A program made the position numbers and the translations under genes. The notes below the pieces were generated by a model. That model saw nothing but the letters and a program-made list of their open reading frames with translations, did not search any database and had not been told where the DNA came from. From Massilicoli timonensis (GTDB lineage Bacteria; Bacillota_I; Bacilli_A; Erysipelotrichales; Erysipelotrichaceae): a stretch of 32,000 nt of DNA. The DNA is taken from the NCBI RefSeq assembly GCF_900199515.1, contig NZ_LT963434.1, positions 843,272-875,271 of the forward strand, read 5' to 3'. Below are positions 17,506-26,018 of this stretch, one piece after another (the first letter of the stretch is position 1; each line of letters begins with the position of its first letter).

Positions 17506-18000
17506 TTATCCCTCCTGCTCGCTTCTGCTGTTTCCATGCGCCAGTTTTCCCGCTGCCGCTGCGGCGATCGCACCGACGATATCATCAAGAAATGTATGGC
17601 ACACGCCTTCCTGATGTGTATTCAGCTTGCCGATGATTCCCGGCTTTACCTTGTCGATATAACCGAAATTGGTAATGGCGATCGACCCATACAAATGACA
17701 GATACCATATGCCAATACCTCGTCAATGCCATATAGCGGCGCATCCTGCATGAGCAGACGGCGCAGATCCTGATCGATCATACTGCCTTGTTCCGCGCTC
17801 CTGTCTAATTCGATTGCCGTTATGATCGCGTGCTGCACCTCCCGCTTATGCAAAACGTCATCTACCATTTTCAGACACTGGGTTACATGCAGATCCTCGA
17901 TATACTGCTTCTGCAAAAATAAGACGCATTCCGCAATATCCTCTCTGCGCACACCGCGTTTCTCTAATAATCCGACACATTTCATATACATGTGCTTCAC
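17506..18000 (-). CDS. PgpA/YutG-family protein (phosphatidylglycerophosphatase A-like)
   Basis: 164 aa. LLEKRGV..EDIAE.V.FLQ, YGIDEVLAYGI, YGSIAITNFGYIDKVKPGIIGKLN and CHTFLDDIVGAIAAAAAGKLAH resemble Bacillus YutG-type proteins as I recall them. The stop codon lies 1 nt before the acetyltransferase start. Confidence 0.6.
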   Translation of the reverse strand: MKHMYMKCVGLLEKRGVRREDIAECVLFLQKQYIEDLHVTQCLKMVDDVLHKREVQHAIITAIELDRSAEQGSMIDQDLRRLLMQDAPLYGIDEVLAYGICHLYGSIAITNFGYIDKVKPGIIGKLNTHQEGVCHTFLDDIVGAIAAAAAGKLAHGNSRSEQEG

Positions 18001-18131
18001 CTCGCTTTTTTGACTCTGCTATGCTTTATCATACCGTATTTTATGATGTTCTATGATTGATTTTATAAACTAATTGTATCATAATAAAAACAGTTACGGA
18101 AAGGAAAAGATTTCAGATACTGAAATCAGGT

Positions 18132-19643
18132 ATGAAAATGACAAAACAAGAAGCAAGTGCCTTTTTAACTTCCTATATGGAAAAGTTGAGCGCCTACCAG
18201 TGTGCGCTGTCGATCATGAATTTCGATCAGTCTACCGTTGCCCCAAAAGACGGTGCACCTTACCGCAATAAATGTGTTGCGATCCTCAGCGGAGAGTTAT
18301 TCAGTCATTTGACTGATCCCGATGCGATCGCCAAACTAGAAGCGATCGTCAAGATGGAGGATAGCGATGCACTGGATCTGATCAATGCCAAGCTGCTGTT
18401 AAAAGATCTAGAGGAACTGCGTTTTTTGCCGAAACCGTTTTATGTTGCTTATCAAAACTGTGTCGGTGATGCTTCCAGCGCCTGGGAGGAAGCCAAAAAG
18501 CAAAATGACTATGCGTTGTTTGAACCGCATTTACAAAAAGTCATTACGATGTTGAAGGAATCACTTTCTTACCTGCACAGTGAGAAAAGCGATTATGAAG
18601 TGCTGTTAGATCGCTTTCAGCCGGGCATGAGCATGGAAGCCTATGATGAATTTTTTGCCCTGATCAAAAGCAGACTGCTGCCTTTTATCAAACGTCTCCA
18701 AAAAGAAGGCAAGCCGATCGACGATACGATCCTGCATCAGCACTATGACAGCGCCGTACAAGAACAAGTCATGCATGATTTACAGGCATATCTCCACTAT
18801 GACCCGCGCAAGATCTATATGGGCGTTACGATGCATCCGTTCACCTCTAAGATCTGTGCCGATGATACGCGTCTTTCCACCGCTTATGTGGAAGACAATC
18901 TGGTTTCTTCGATCTTCTCGATCATTCATGAATATGGACATGCGCTGTATGGCATGCAGGTGGATCGCGCTTATGATGGCATGCCGGCGGGCGACAGTCT
19001 TTCACTGGGTATGCACGAGAGTCAAAGCCGTTTACTGGAAAACAATATCGGCAGACGCCGGGCATTTTGGGAAAGCAACTTCCCGCAATTAAAAAAACGA
19101 TTCCCGGAACAGTTAGAAGCACTGACGCTCGATGATTTCATCAAGCTGCTGCACGTTTCTAAACCATCGCTGATCCGTACCGAAGCCGATGAGCTGACGT
19201 ATCCGATCCATATTCTGATCCGTTATGAGCTGGAAAAGATGATCTTCAATGAGGATCTGCCTTTAGAGCATTTAGATAAAGTGTGGGCAGATAAATATGA
19301 GGAATATCTGGGGATCCGTCCAAGCAAGCCGGCTGAAGGTATTTTACAGGATATGCACTGGGCAAACGGCATGTTCGGCTATTTCCCGACTTATGCGTTA
19401 GGCAGTGCGTTTGCGGCACAGTTCTTTGCCCAGATGCAAAAAGATATCCATGTAGATGAAGCACTGAAAAAAGGTGATTTCGACATCATTATGGATTGGC
19501 TGAAAGAACATATCCACCGTTATGGGGCAACGAAAACACCGGAAGAGATCATGATGGCCGTGTGTGGCAAGCCCTTTGACCCTAACTGCTACATCGATTA
19601 TTTGATCGAAACGTACAGCGCCTATTACGGACTTGATCGATAA
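18132..19643 (+). CDS. M32-family metallocarboxypeptidase (Taq/YpwA-like)
   Basis: 503 aa. Zinc motif HEYGHALY (HExxH), downstream HESQSRLLEN and the IRTEADELTY block are characteristic of peptidase family M32. Confidence 0.9.
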   Translation: MKMTKQEASAFLTSYMEKLSAYQCALSIMNFDQSTVAPKDGAPYRNKCVAILSGELFSHLTDPDAIAKLEAIVKMEDSDALDLINAKLLLKDLEELRFLPKPFYVAYQNCVGDASSAWEEAKKQNDYALFEPHLQKVITMLKESLSYLHSEKSDYEVLLDRFQPGMSMEAYDEFFALIKSRLLPFIKRLQKEGKPIDDTILHQHYDSAVQEQVMHDLQAYLHYDPRKIYMGVTMHPFTSKICADDTRLSTAYVEDNLVSSIFSIIHEYGHALYGMQVDRAYDGMPAGDSLSLGMHESQSRLLENNIGRRRAFWESNFPQLKKRFPEQLEALTLDDFIKLLHVSKPSLIRTEADELTYPIHILIRYELEKMIFNEDLPLEHLDKVWADKYEEYLGIRPSKPAEGILQDMHWANGMFGYFPTYALGSAFAAQFFAQMQKDIHVDEALKKGDFDIIMDWLKEHIHRYGATKTPEEIMMAVCGKPFDPNCYIDYLIETYSAYYGLDR

Positions 19644-19708
19644 GTTCCCATTACTTGTTCATAATGAAAAAAAACAGCGAGCAAACGATCACAAGCTGTT
19701 GATGCAAA

Positions 19709-19746
19709 TAAAAACCGCTCTTCTTAAAAGAAACAGCGGTTTTTAT
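19709..19746. terminator. Bidirectional intrinsic terminator
   Basis: AAAACCGCT...AGCGGTTTT long hairpin with inner TTCTT/AAGAA pairing. A/T runs flank both sides, between convergent genes (stops at 19643 and 19827). Confidence 0.65.
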
Positions 19747-19826
19747 TTGTCTGTCAACGGTCATCTGTTCTTTTCTGCGACCGTCTGTCTGCTTCAACAC
19801 GCTCTCTGCGCATCATTTTTTCAGTT

Positions 19827-20912
19827 TTATTTTTCATCAAACAGGGATATCTCAAAGGTTTGTTCATAATCCCTGCCCATGGAAATCGTAGCCGTGCGTT
19901 TGGTGTTGTTGTAAACAACTGACCACTGGGTGGAGCTGATGCTGCCGCTGTCCGTCTTATGCGGCTTCTGTGATGCACTTTTCAACAATTCCATCGCTTC
20001 TTTTTCTGAAAGCACGCCGTTTTTGGCATCCAGCTCTGTCGTTAAGATTTCATATCGATCCTGCCCATGACCGAAATCATAATCGCCCGGTGTCAATAAA
20101 AAGTTGGTTGCCGCCTGATAAGCGCCTTGCGGCTCTACCAGCTTCATTTCATTGTCGATGTATTCTACGATCACTGAATTGCCTTGCGCATCGGCAATAT
20201 GGAAATGATAGCAGCTGTTGGCGCTGGAATGCATATCATACTGCTCTAACAGCGCAACCGCTTCTTCTACCGTCGCACAGCGATCTAAGATCATACGGAT
20301 CGCCGTTGTCGTCGTAATATCGGTCTTATCCGTATCCTGATTGGTTTCCTCGGTTGGGATCAACAAGACGCCGATGCTGAGCCCTTTCTCATTGATGCCG
20401 TCTAATGGGGCATAAGGACCGGCTAATGTCGTGATGCTGCTAAGCAGGCTATCCGGCAGTTTTTCCTCTCCATAACCGATAAAGCCTAAGTTTACCATAG
20501 AAACCGATTCATAGCCGTCGTCCGGTTTGGTGCGTACCAGCATGGCCGGTGAATAATCTAAATCGAAATTGCGTCCGAACAAGTAATCGCCGTCCGGTGT
20601 CGTTGCCGTAAAAGTAGAACAGCCAAGACTGGGAATATTGATTTCGATCGGCAAGCCTTTTAACAGTCTTTTTACCACGAACGATACCAGTTCCCCGTCA
20701 TTAGAAGCGCCGCCCTGCTCCAAAAACGCATCTAAGCCATAATCACCCTGATAATCCATCGTATAGAGCGGGTAATCATTTACTTTCTCTAATGATCGAA
20801 GGGTGCTGATCTCATTGTGGAACAGCGCATATATGCCGATACATACCGCAAGCAGCACAGCTGCGACCGATGCAGCGACAATTTTTAATATTTTCTTTGT
20901 TTTCTTGCTCAT
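19827..20912 (-). CDS. Membrane-anchored Ntn-hydrolase, choloylglycine hydrolase/C45-like (linear amide C-N hydrolase)
   Basis: N-terminal TM anchor ILKIVAASVAAVLLAVCIGIYALF. Putative nucleophile context SLGCSTFTATTPDGDYLFGRNFDLDY, with LDGINEKGLSIG further on, as in the BSH/PVA/C45 clan. I prefer the ATG at 20912 (MSKKTKK), after GGGAGG, over the track start at 20936. Confidence 0.7.
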   Translation of the reverse strand: MSKKTKKILKIVAASVAAVLLAVCIGIYALFHNEISTLRSLEKVNDYPLYTMDYQGDYGLDAFLEQGGASNDGELVSFVVKRLLKGLPIEINIPSLGCSTFTATTPDGDYLFGRNFDLDYSPAMLVRTKPDDGYESVSMVNLGFIGYGEEKLPDSLLSSITTLAGPYAPLDGINEKGLSIGVLLIPTEETNQDTDKTDITTTTAIRMILDRCATVEEAVALLEQYDMHSSANSCYHFHIADAQGNSVIVEYIDNEMKLVEPQGAYQAATNFLLTPGDYDFGHGQDRYEILTTELDAKNGVLSEKEAMELLKSASQKPHKTDSGSISSTQWSVVYNNTKRTATISMGRDYEQTFEISLFDEK

Positions 20913-21094
20913 AATACCTCCCATGTGCCATTGCACATACTCGCTATGATAGCACTTATTACTTTGAATGTCAAACTTTGATTAAAAAGTATTTCCTGTT
21001 ATATTGATCTGTTTCCCTTGGCAAAGGTAAGAAAAGATGTGGAAGCGCAGGGAAATAGTACAAAAATTGCCACTTGTTTGGGTGAAAATTGGTA

Positions 21095-21122
21095 TTGGCA
21101 AAAAACAGGACGATTTTATAAT
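21095..21122 (+). promoter_or_regulatory. Putative sigma-A promoter of the PRD regulator/PTS operon
   Basis: TTGGCA - 16 nt - TATAAT, ending 18 nt before the ATG at 21140. A CAGGAGG RBS lies at 21128-21134. Confidence 0.4.
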
Positions 21123-21139
21123 GGAAACAGGAGGCGGCC

Positions 21140-23056
21140 ATGATCACTTTAACCAAAAGACAGAAAGATATTTCCTTATATCTGCTGAAGCAGAACGATT
21201 ATCTCACCGGCAGACAGCTGGCCGAGCATTTTTCCGTCAGCATCCGTACGATCCGCAATGACCTTGATCAGATCGAAGCCTATTTGAAAGAACGGCAGCT
21301 TCTGATCGTGCGCAAAAGCGGAATCGGCGTACGCATTTTCATAGATGTGCAGAAGCGAATGGAATTAAAGCAGATGCTGGAGGCAAGCGATGGACATTAC
21401 CTCAATAAAGAGGAACGCCATGCCTTGATCTTGACACTGCTGCTGATTCATGATTCCTGTACCTTTCAGGAACTGGGAGAAGCGTGTCAAGTCAGCCGGC
21501 AGACGATCATCAACAGCTTTGCGGAAATTGAAGCGATCATCAAAAAGAACGCTTTGCATATCACGAAGCAGCAAGGCGTCGGGATTTCTTTAAGCGGTGA
21601 TGAGCGTGCGCTGCGGCAGCTTTTCCTGCAGATGGTAAATGAATATCCGCTGATCGTAAGCAACGCCGTTCCTTTACAGCTGGCAAGTGAACGCTATGAC
21701 AGCGTCATATCCCAAATGATCCGGGAAATCGAACATGCCCACAGCATTCGTTTCGTCAATAAAAACCGTTTGACGCTGCTGCTGACTTTCTTTTTATGGC
21801 GCATGGAACAAGGGCATTGTCTAAAACGTGCCAAACGATTACAAAAGCAAGAGGAAGAACTGTTTCATACCTTGACGCCTTATATCAGCGCAAAAGCGGA
21901 ACGCGCCTATATCAGCACCATTATGCTGAGTGAACGCATGCAGCAGGATCATGCTTCCGAAACGATCTACGATGACGCTTATCTGATTTCTCATGAACTG
22001 CTGGACGCCTTAAAAAGGCTGCACCACATTGATGAACTGGAAGATGAAGAAATGATACGCGGATTAACGATCCATATTCGCTCTGCCATCTACCGCATCC
22101 GCAATCACATTGCCATACGCAATGAACTGTTGGAAGAAATCAAGCTTTCGATCTCTTTGATCTATGCGTTTACCCGCAAGCAGCTCTCGCTCATGGAAAC
22201 ACGCTTTCACATTCATTTCAACGAGCATGAAACAGCTTATATCGCCATGTATATCGCTTCGATCTATGAACGCAATATCAAAGCATCTACTACGCTGCAC
22301 ATCTTGCTGGTCTGTTCCTTCGGTTTGGCAAGCAGCGCTATCCTAAAGACCCGCATCGAACAGACGTTGGCCGAATGTCATGTCGACGGTCCGATGTCAA
22401 AGGCCGAAGCGGAAATATTTTTATCAAAGCAGAAAGTGGATCTCATTATTTCCACCAATACCTATGAACGAAATGATATTCCGGTGCTGGTCGTCAATCC
22501 GCTGCTATCCGCAAGCGACATCGAAAAGATCAAAAATCGCCTGTTTCAGGATTCTTATTCCAAGATGTGCGATCACTTTATCAAGTCCAGCGAAAGCAGT
22601 GAAATCGCAAAAATACCGCATGCGATCAGTGATTATATCGAAAAAGACGCCATACAGGTCATCGAACGCTGTGAAAGCTGGGAAAAGGCGATCGCCTTGG
22701 CAGCCGCTCCGCTGTTGGCGAAGCAAGCGATCGAACAGCGCTATGTGAACGCTATGATCGACGCGGTAAAAAACTATGGCACTTATATGGTCTTGACACC
22801 GGGCTGTGCTTATGTCCATGCCGGGATCCATGACGGCATCAAAGAGAACTGCACGGCGCTGCTTACGATGCATCAGCCGCTGCTTTTCGGTGATCACAAC
22901 GCAAAAAGCGTTCATACCATCGTCGTATTGGGGATCCATGACAAAGAGGACAACGATTTATTGAATTTGGCATATATTTTAGAAAAGGAGCGCAATATCA
23001 AGACACTGTGCGCAAAAGACGTCGATGTGCAGGCGATCTTATCCATGCACGACTGA
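21140..23056 (+). CDS. PRD-domain transcriptional regulator of the MtlR/LicR (BglG-family) type: HTH, 2 PRDs, EIIB-like and EIIA(type 2)-like domains
   Basis: 638 aa. N-terminal DeoR-like HTH (LTGRQLAEHFSVSIRTIRNDLDQIE), central PRD-type helical repeats, an EIIB-like LLVCSFGLASSAILKTRIE segment and a C-terminal EIIA-2 domain (SWEKAIALAAAPLL...CAYVHAG) paralogous to the next gene. Confidence 0.85.
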   Translation: MITLTKRQKDISLYLLKQNDYLTGRQLAEHFSVSIRTIRNDLDQIEAYLKERQLLIVRKSGIGVRIFIDVQKRMELKQMLEASDGHYLNKEERHALILTLLLIHDSCTFQELGEACQVSRQTIINSFAEIEAIIKKNALHITKQQGVGISLSGDERALRQLFLQMVNEYPLIVSNAVPLQLASERYDSVISQMIREIEHAHSIRFVNKNRLTLLLTFFLWRMEQGHCLKRAKRLQKQEEELFHTLTPYISAKAERAYISTIMLSERMQQDHASETIYDDAYLISHELLDALKRLHHIDELEDEEMIRGLTIHIRSAIYRIRNHIAIRNELLEEIKLSISLIYAFTRKQLSLMETRFHIHFNEHETAYIAMYIASIYERNIKASTTLHILLVCSFGLASSAILKTRIEQTLAECHVDGPMSKAEAEIFLSKQKVDLIISTNTYERNDIPVLVVNPLLSASDIEKIKNRLFQDSYSKMCDHFIKSSESSEIAKIPHAISDYIEKDAIQVIERCESWEKAIALAAAPLLAKQAIEQRYVNAMIDAVKNYGTYMVLTPGCAYVHAGIHDGIKENCTALLTMHQPLLFGDHNAKSVHTIVVLGIHDKEDNDLLNLAYILEKERNIKTLCAKDVDVQAILSMHD

Positions 23057-23069
23057 AAGGAGAAAGACA

Positions 23070-23504
23070 ATGGAAGAAGTGATACATTTTCATCATATTT
23101 TAATCAATCAGCATGCTGATTCATGGGAGGACGCCATCAGACAGGCAGCCGCTCCGCTGATCAAAAGTGAAGCGATCAAGGAAGCGTATGTCGACAGCAT
23201 GATCAACAGCGTCAAGACGTTGGGACCATACATCGTCATCATGCCGCATTTTGCCTTAGCGCATGCCGCACCTAGCGATGCGGTAAAACGAAGCGAGATT
23301 TCCATCGCAACCTTTGTGGAAGATGTCATCTTTCACAGCGACAATGACCCGGTGAAAGTCGTCATGTGCCTTGCCTGCAAAGATAAGACTTCGCACATGA
23401 AACAGTTATCACTGATTGCGGAAAAGCTGATGAAGGAAGAGATCATCGAACAGATCTGTGCCTGTCAAAGCGTACAAGCGCTGTATGAATTATTGAATCA
23501 ATAG
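23070..23504 (+). CDS. PTS EIIA component, ascorbate/mannitol/fructose (type 2) family
   Basis: Contains SWEDAIRQAAAPLIKSEAIKEAYVDSMINSV...PHFALAHAAP, the EIIA-2 phospho-His context. I prefer the ATG at 23070 (MEEVIHF), after AAGGAG, over the track start at 23025. Confidence 0.85.
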   Translation: MEEVIHFHHILINQHADSWEDAIRQAAAPLIKSEAIKEAYVDSMINSVKTLGPYIVIMPHFALAHAAPSDAVKRSEISIATFVEDVIFHSDNDPVKVVMCLACKDKTSHMKQLSLIAEKLMKEEIIEQICACQSVQALYELLNQ

Positions 23505-23550
23505 CCTAAAGTATCTCTACTTTAAGCATAGATGAGAAAGGAGGAACATC

Positions 23551-23838
23551 ATGAAAGTACCTAAGATCCAAACCGTATGCGGATTTGGCTGCGGTTCTTC
23601 GCTGATGCTGCGCATGAACATCGAAGCCATTGCCAAAAAAGCCGGTGTTGCCATTGAAGCATTTTGCGGAGATGTCGGAACTTGTCTTTCCAATCAATGC
23701 GATGTCATCTTTATTTCCAAAGAATTGGCAGAACGCATTGAAGATCGGGCAAGCGTGCCGGTTGTCGTCATCGGCAATTTCATGAACAAGGCGGAAGTGG
23801 AAGAAAAGACACTCGCCTACTTTGAAACATTGAAATAA
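23551..23838 (+). CDS. PTS EIIB component, ascorbate (UlaB/SgaB-like) family
   Basis: 95 aa starting MKVPKIQTVCGFGCGSSLMLRMNIE. This is the CGxGxGSS phospho-Cys loop. A GGAGG RBS is present. Confidence 0.85.
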   Translation: MKVPKIQTVCGFGCGSSLMLRMNIEAIAKKAGVAIEAFCGDVGTCLSNQCDVIFISKELAERIEDRASVPVVVIGNFMNKAEVEEKTLAYFETLK

Positions 23839-23858
23839 GATAGAAAGGGGTTTACTTT

Positions 23859-25133
23859 ATGGTAGTTTTAGATTTTATTATCAATGAGATCTTCGGTCAG
23901 GGTGCGATCTTTATTGCGCTGATCGCCATGATCGGTCTGCTCTTGCAGAAGAAAAGCGCATCGGAAGTCATCCGCGGCACCTGTATGACCGCAGTTGGTT
24001 TCTTTATCTTATCGACCGGTACCGGTTTGATTACCGGCAATTCCATTGACGGTATCGCTACGGCATTCAATACGATGATGCCGCAGGCGATTCCTTCCAC
24101 CACTGTTGATATCGGTGCGCAGTTTGGTACTGAGATCGGTATCGTTATGGTCGTTGCTTTTGCCATCAACTTGCTGGTGGCGCGTTTCACGAAGTGGAAA
24201 TCGGTATTTTTGACCGGGCATATGCTTTACTGGTTTCCGTTTGTCTTTATCGCAGCCGGCGTAGATGCCGGATTGACCGGTGGTAAACTGATCGCTTTGG
24301 CGACTGTCTTTACTGCGGTGTATATGATCGTTTCACCGAACCTGATGCGTCCGTTTGTGAAACAGGTAACGGGTGATGATTCTTTTACCATCGGGCATCC
24401 GACAACCTGTCTTTCCGTGATGTCCGGCTTGATCGGTAAAGTCATCGGCAACAAGAACAAATCAACAGAAGATCTGAAGATCCCGCAGTCTTTCGGCTTC
24501 TTGCGTGAAATTGCGATCACCGGTTCTTTTGCGATCGCGATCACTTATCTGGTCATGTATTTCATCTTGCTTGGCAATGGCTATGATCCTGCCGTCGTAT
24601 GGGGCTACAGCGAAGCTTCGACCGGTGTTTTCACTTATATCTTTACCCATGCCATCTATTTCGGTGTCGGCATTACCATCATGTTACAGGGTGTGCGTAT
24701 GCTGATCGCGGAAATCGTACCGGCATTTAAGGGAATCGCCGATAAATTTGTACCGGATGCCATCCCGGCGCTGGATGTACCGGTTATCTTCCCATATGCG
24801 CCAAATGCCTTGATCATCGGATTCCTAGTTGCTATGGTCACTTCTACGATCACGATCTTATTGACTGCCGGCATGTTCCCGACCGTTATCATTCCGCTGA
24901 TCTCTACCTGCTTCTTTGAGATCGGCTGTGCGGCGATCGTCGGCAATGCGACCGGCGGGGTACGCGGTGCGATCGTCGGTGCGGCGTTATCCGGAGTCGT
25001 TATGGTATTGCTGGTAGGCTTCGGCGCTTACTTCTTCAATAACACGATCCAGCAGTGGATGTTAGTCTACGGCGGTCAGGACTTCTCGCTGTGGGGCATC
25101 ATCGAAGGCTTTATTGCCGGATTGATCGCATAG
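23859..25133 (+). CDS. PTS EIIC component, ascorbate (UlaA/SgaT-like) family
   Basis: 424-aa polytopic membrane protein immediately after EIIB. The N-terminal FIINEIFGQGAIFIALIAMIG is typical of SgaT/UlaA permeases. Confidence 0.85.
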   Translation: MVVLDFIINEIFGQGAIFIALIAMIGLLLQKKSASEVIRGTCMTAVGFFILSTGTGLITGNSIDGIATAFNTMMPQAIPSTTVDIGAQFGTEIGIVMVVAFAINLLVARFTKWKSVFLTGHMLYWFPFVFIAAGVDAGLTGGKLIALATVFTAVYMIVSPNLMRPFVKQVTGDDSFTIGHPTTCLSVMSGLIGKVIGNKNKSTEDLKIPQSFGFLREIAITGSFAIAITYLVMYFILLGNGYDPAVVWGYSEASTGVFTYIFTHAIYFGVGITIMLQGVRMLIAEIVPAFKGIADKFVPDAIPALDVPVIFPYAPNALIIGFLVAMVTSTITILLTAGMFPTVIIPLISTCFFEIGCAAIVGNATGGVRGAIVGAALSGVVMVLLVGFGAYFFNNTIQQWMLVYGGQDFSLWGIIEGFIAGLIA

Positions 25134-25147
25134 AAAGAAGGCGTTTT

Positions 25148-25891
25148 ATGCAGTTTCTGTATTTAGATCGCATCCATGAACTGTTAAGCTGCATCGAACA
25201 GGAAGAAACAGGTGCCATGGAAGCATGTGTGGAACTGTTAGCGAAGTGTGTGATGGATCATCATTCCATTTATACCTTCGGTGCCAGTCATGCCGGTATC
25301 CTCAGTGAGGAACTGTATTATCGTGCCGGCGGGCTCATGCTCTTCAATCCGATCTTTGCAAGAGAGCTGATGTTAGACAATGAACCGATCACCCTGACAT
25401 CGAAAATGGAACGCTGCGTCGGCTATGGCACGCAGATCGCCAACAGCAAGGTATCGTTTCAAGAGGGCGACGTCTTGATCATTCATTCCGTATCCGGGCG
25501 CAATCCGGTCTCGATCGAAATCGCCATGGAAGCCAAGAAACATCATGCCAAAGTCATCGCGATCACCAATCTCGCTTATTCAAAAAGTGTTTCTTCCCGT
25601 CATCCAAGCGGGAAACGCCTGTTTGAATTGGCCGATTTGATCCTAGACAATCACGGTGATATCGGCGATGCCTGTGTTTCCATCAGCGGACTGGAACAAA
25701 AGGTATCGCCTACCTCTACCGTAGCAGGCGCCGTGATGCTGAATGCGATCGTTGCGGCATTGGCACAGCGTCTGGTGGATCTGGGCATGAAGACACCGCC
25801 GATCTTCTACAGCGCCAATTTAGACGGCGGCGATGCGAAAAACGAAGAACTGTACCAGGCCTATCGTTCCAGCATTCACTATTCTTTTTGA
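25148..25891 (+). CDS. SIS-domain protein (UPF0309-like sugar-phosphate isomerase/binding protein)
   Basis: Contains IYTFGASHAGILSEE and LIIHSVSGRNPVSIEIAMEAK, which are SIS-type motifs. I prefer the ATG at 25148 (MQFLYLDRI) over the track start at 25055, which overlaps the EIIC gene. Confidence 0.7.
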   Translation: MQFLYLDRIHELLSCIEQEETGAMEACVELLAKCVMDHHSIYTFGASHAGILSEELYYRAGGLMLFNPIFARELMLDNEPITLTSKMERCVGYGTQIANSKVSFQEGDVLIIHSVSGRNPVSIEIAMEAKKHHAKVIAITNLAYSKSVSSRHPSGKRLFELADLILDNHGDIGDACVSISGLEQKVSPTSTVAGAVMLNAIVAALAQRLVDLGMKTPPIFYSANLDGGDAKNEELYQAYRSSIHYSF

Positions 25892-25942
25892 TCAAATACA
25901 GCGTCATGTTGCGGACATGGCGCTTTTCTTATTTTCAGGTGA

Positions 25943-25998
25943 TTTGGTATTGATTTTGTCATAACAATTTGGTATAGTAAAAGCATAAATTGGTATAG
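25943..25998 (+). promoter_or_regulatory. Three direct copies of a TTGGTAT(A/T)G motif overlapping the promoter (candidate GntR/HutC operator)
   Basis: ATTTGGTATTG at 25942-25952, ATTTGGTATAG at 25967-25977 and AATTGGTATAG at 25988-25998. The GGTAT cores start at 25946, 25971 and 25992. GT-n-TA cores are typical of HutC-subfamily half-sites. Confidence 0.4.
25950..25978 (+). promoter_or_regulatory. Putative sigma-A promoter of the FrlB-like SIS gene
   Basis: TTGATT (25950-25955) - 17 nt - TATAGT (25973-25978). An AAGGAGGA RBS lies 6 nt before the ATG at 26019. Confidence 0.55.
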
Positions 25999-26018
25999 CC
26001 ATAACTAAGGAGGACATT

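Noticed and set aside
21088-21105. TGGTATTGGCAAAAAAC, which looks at first glance like a sigma-54 -24/-12 element.
   Set aside because: The GG-N10-GC spacing is not satisfied from either GG. The sequence fits a sigma-A -35 (TTGGCA) plus the TTGGTAT repeat better.
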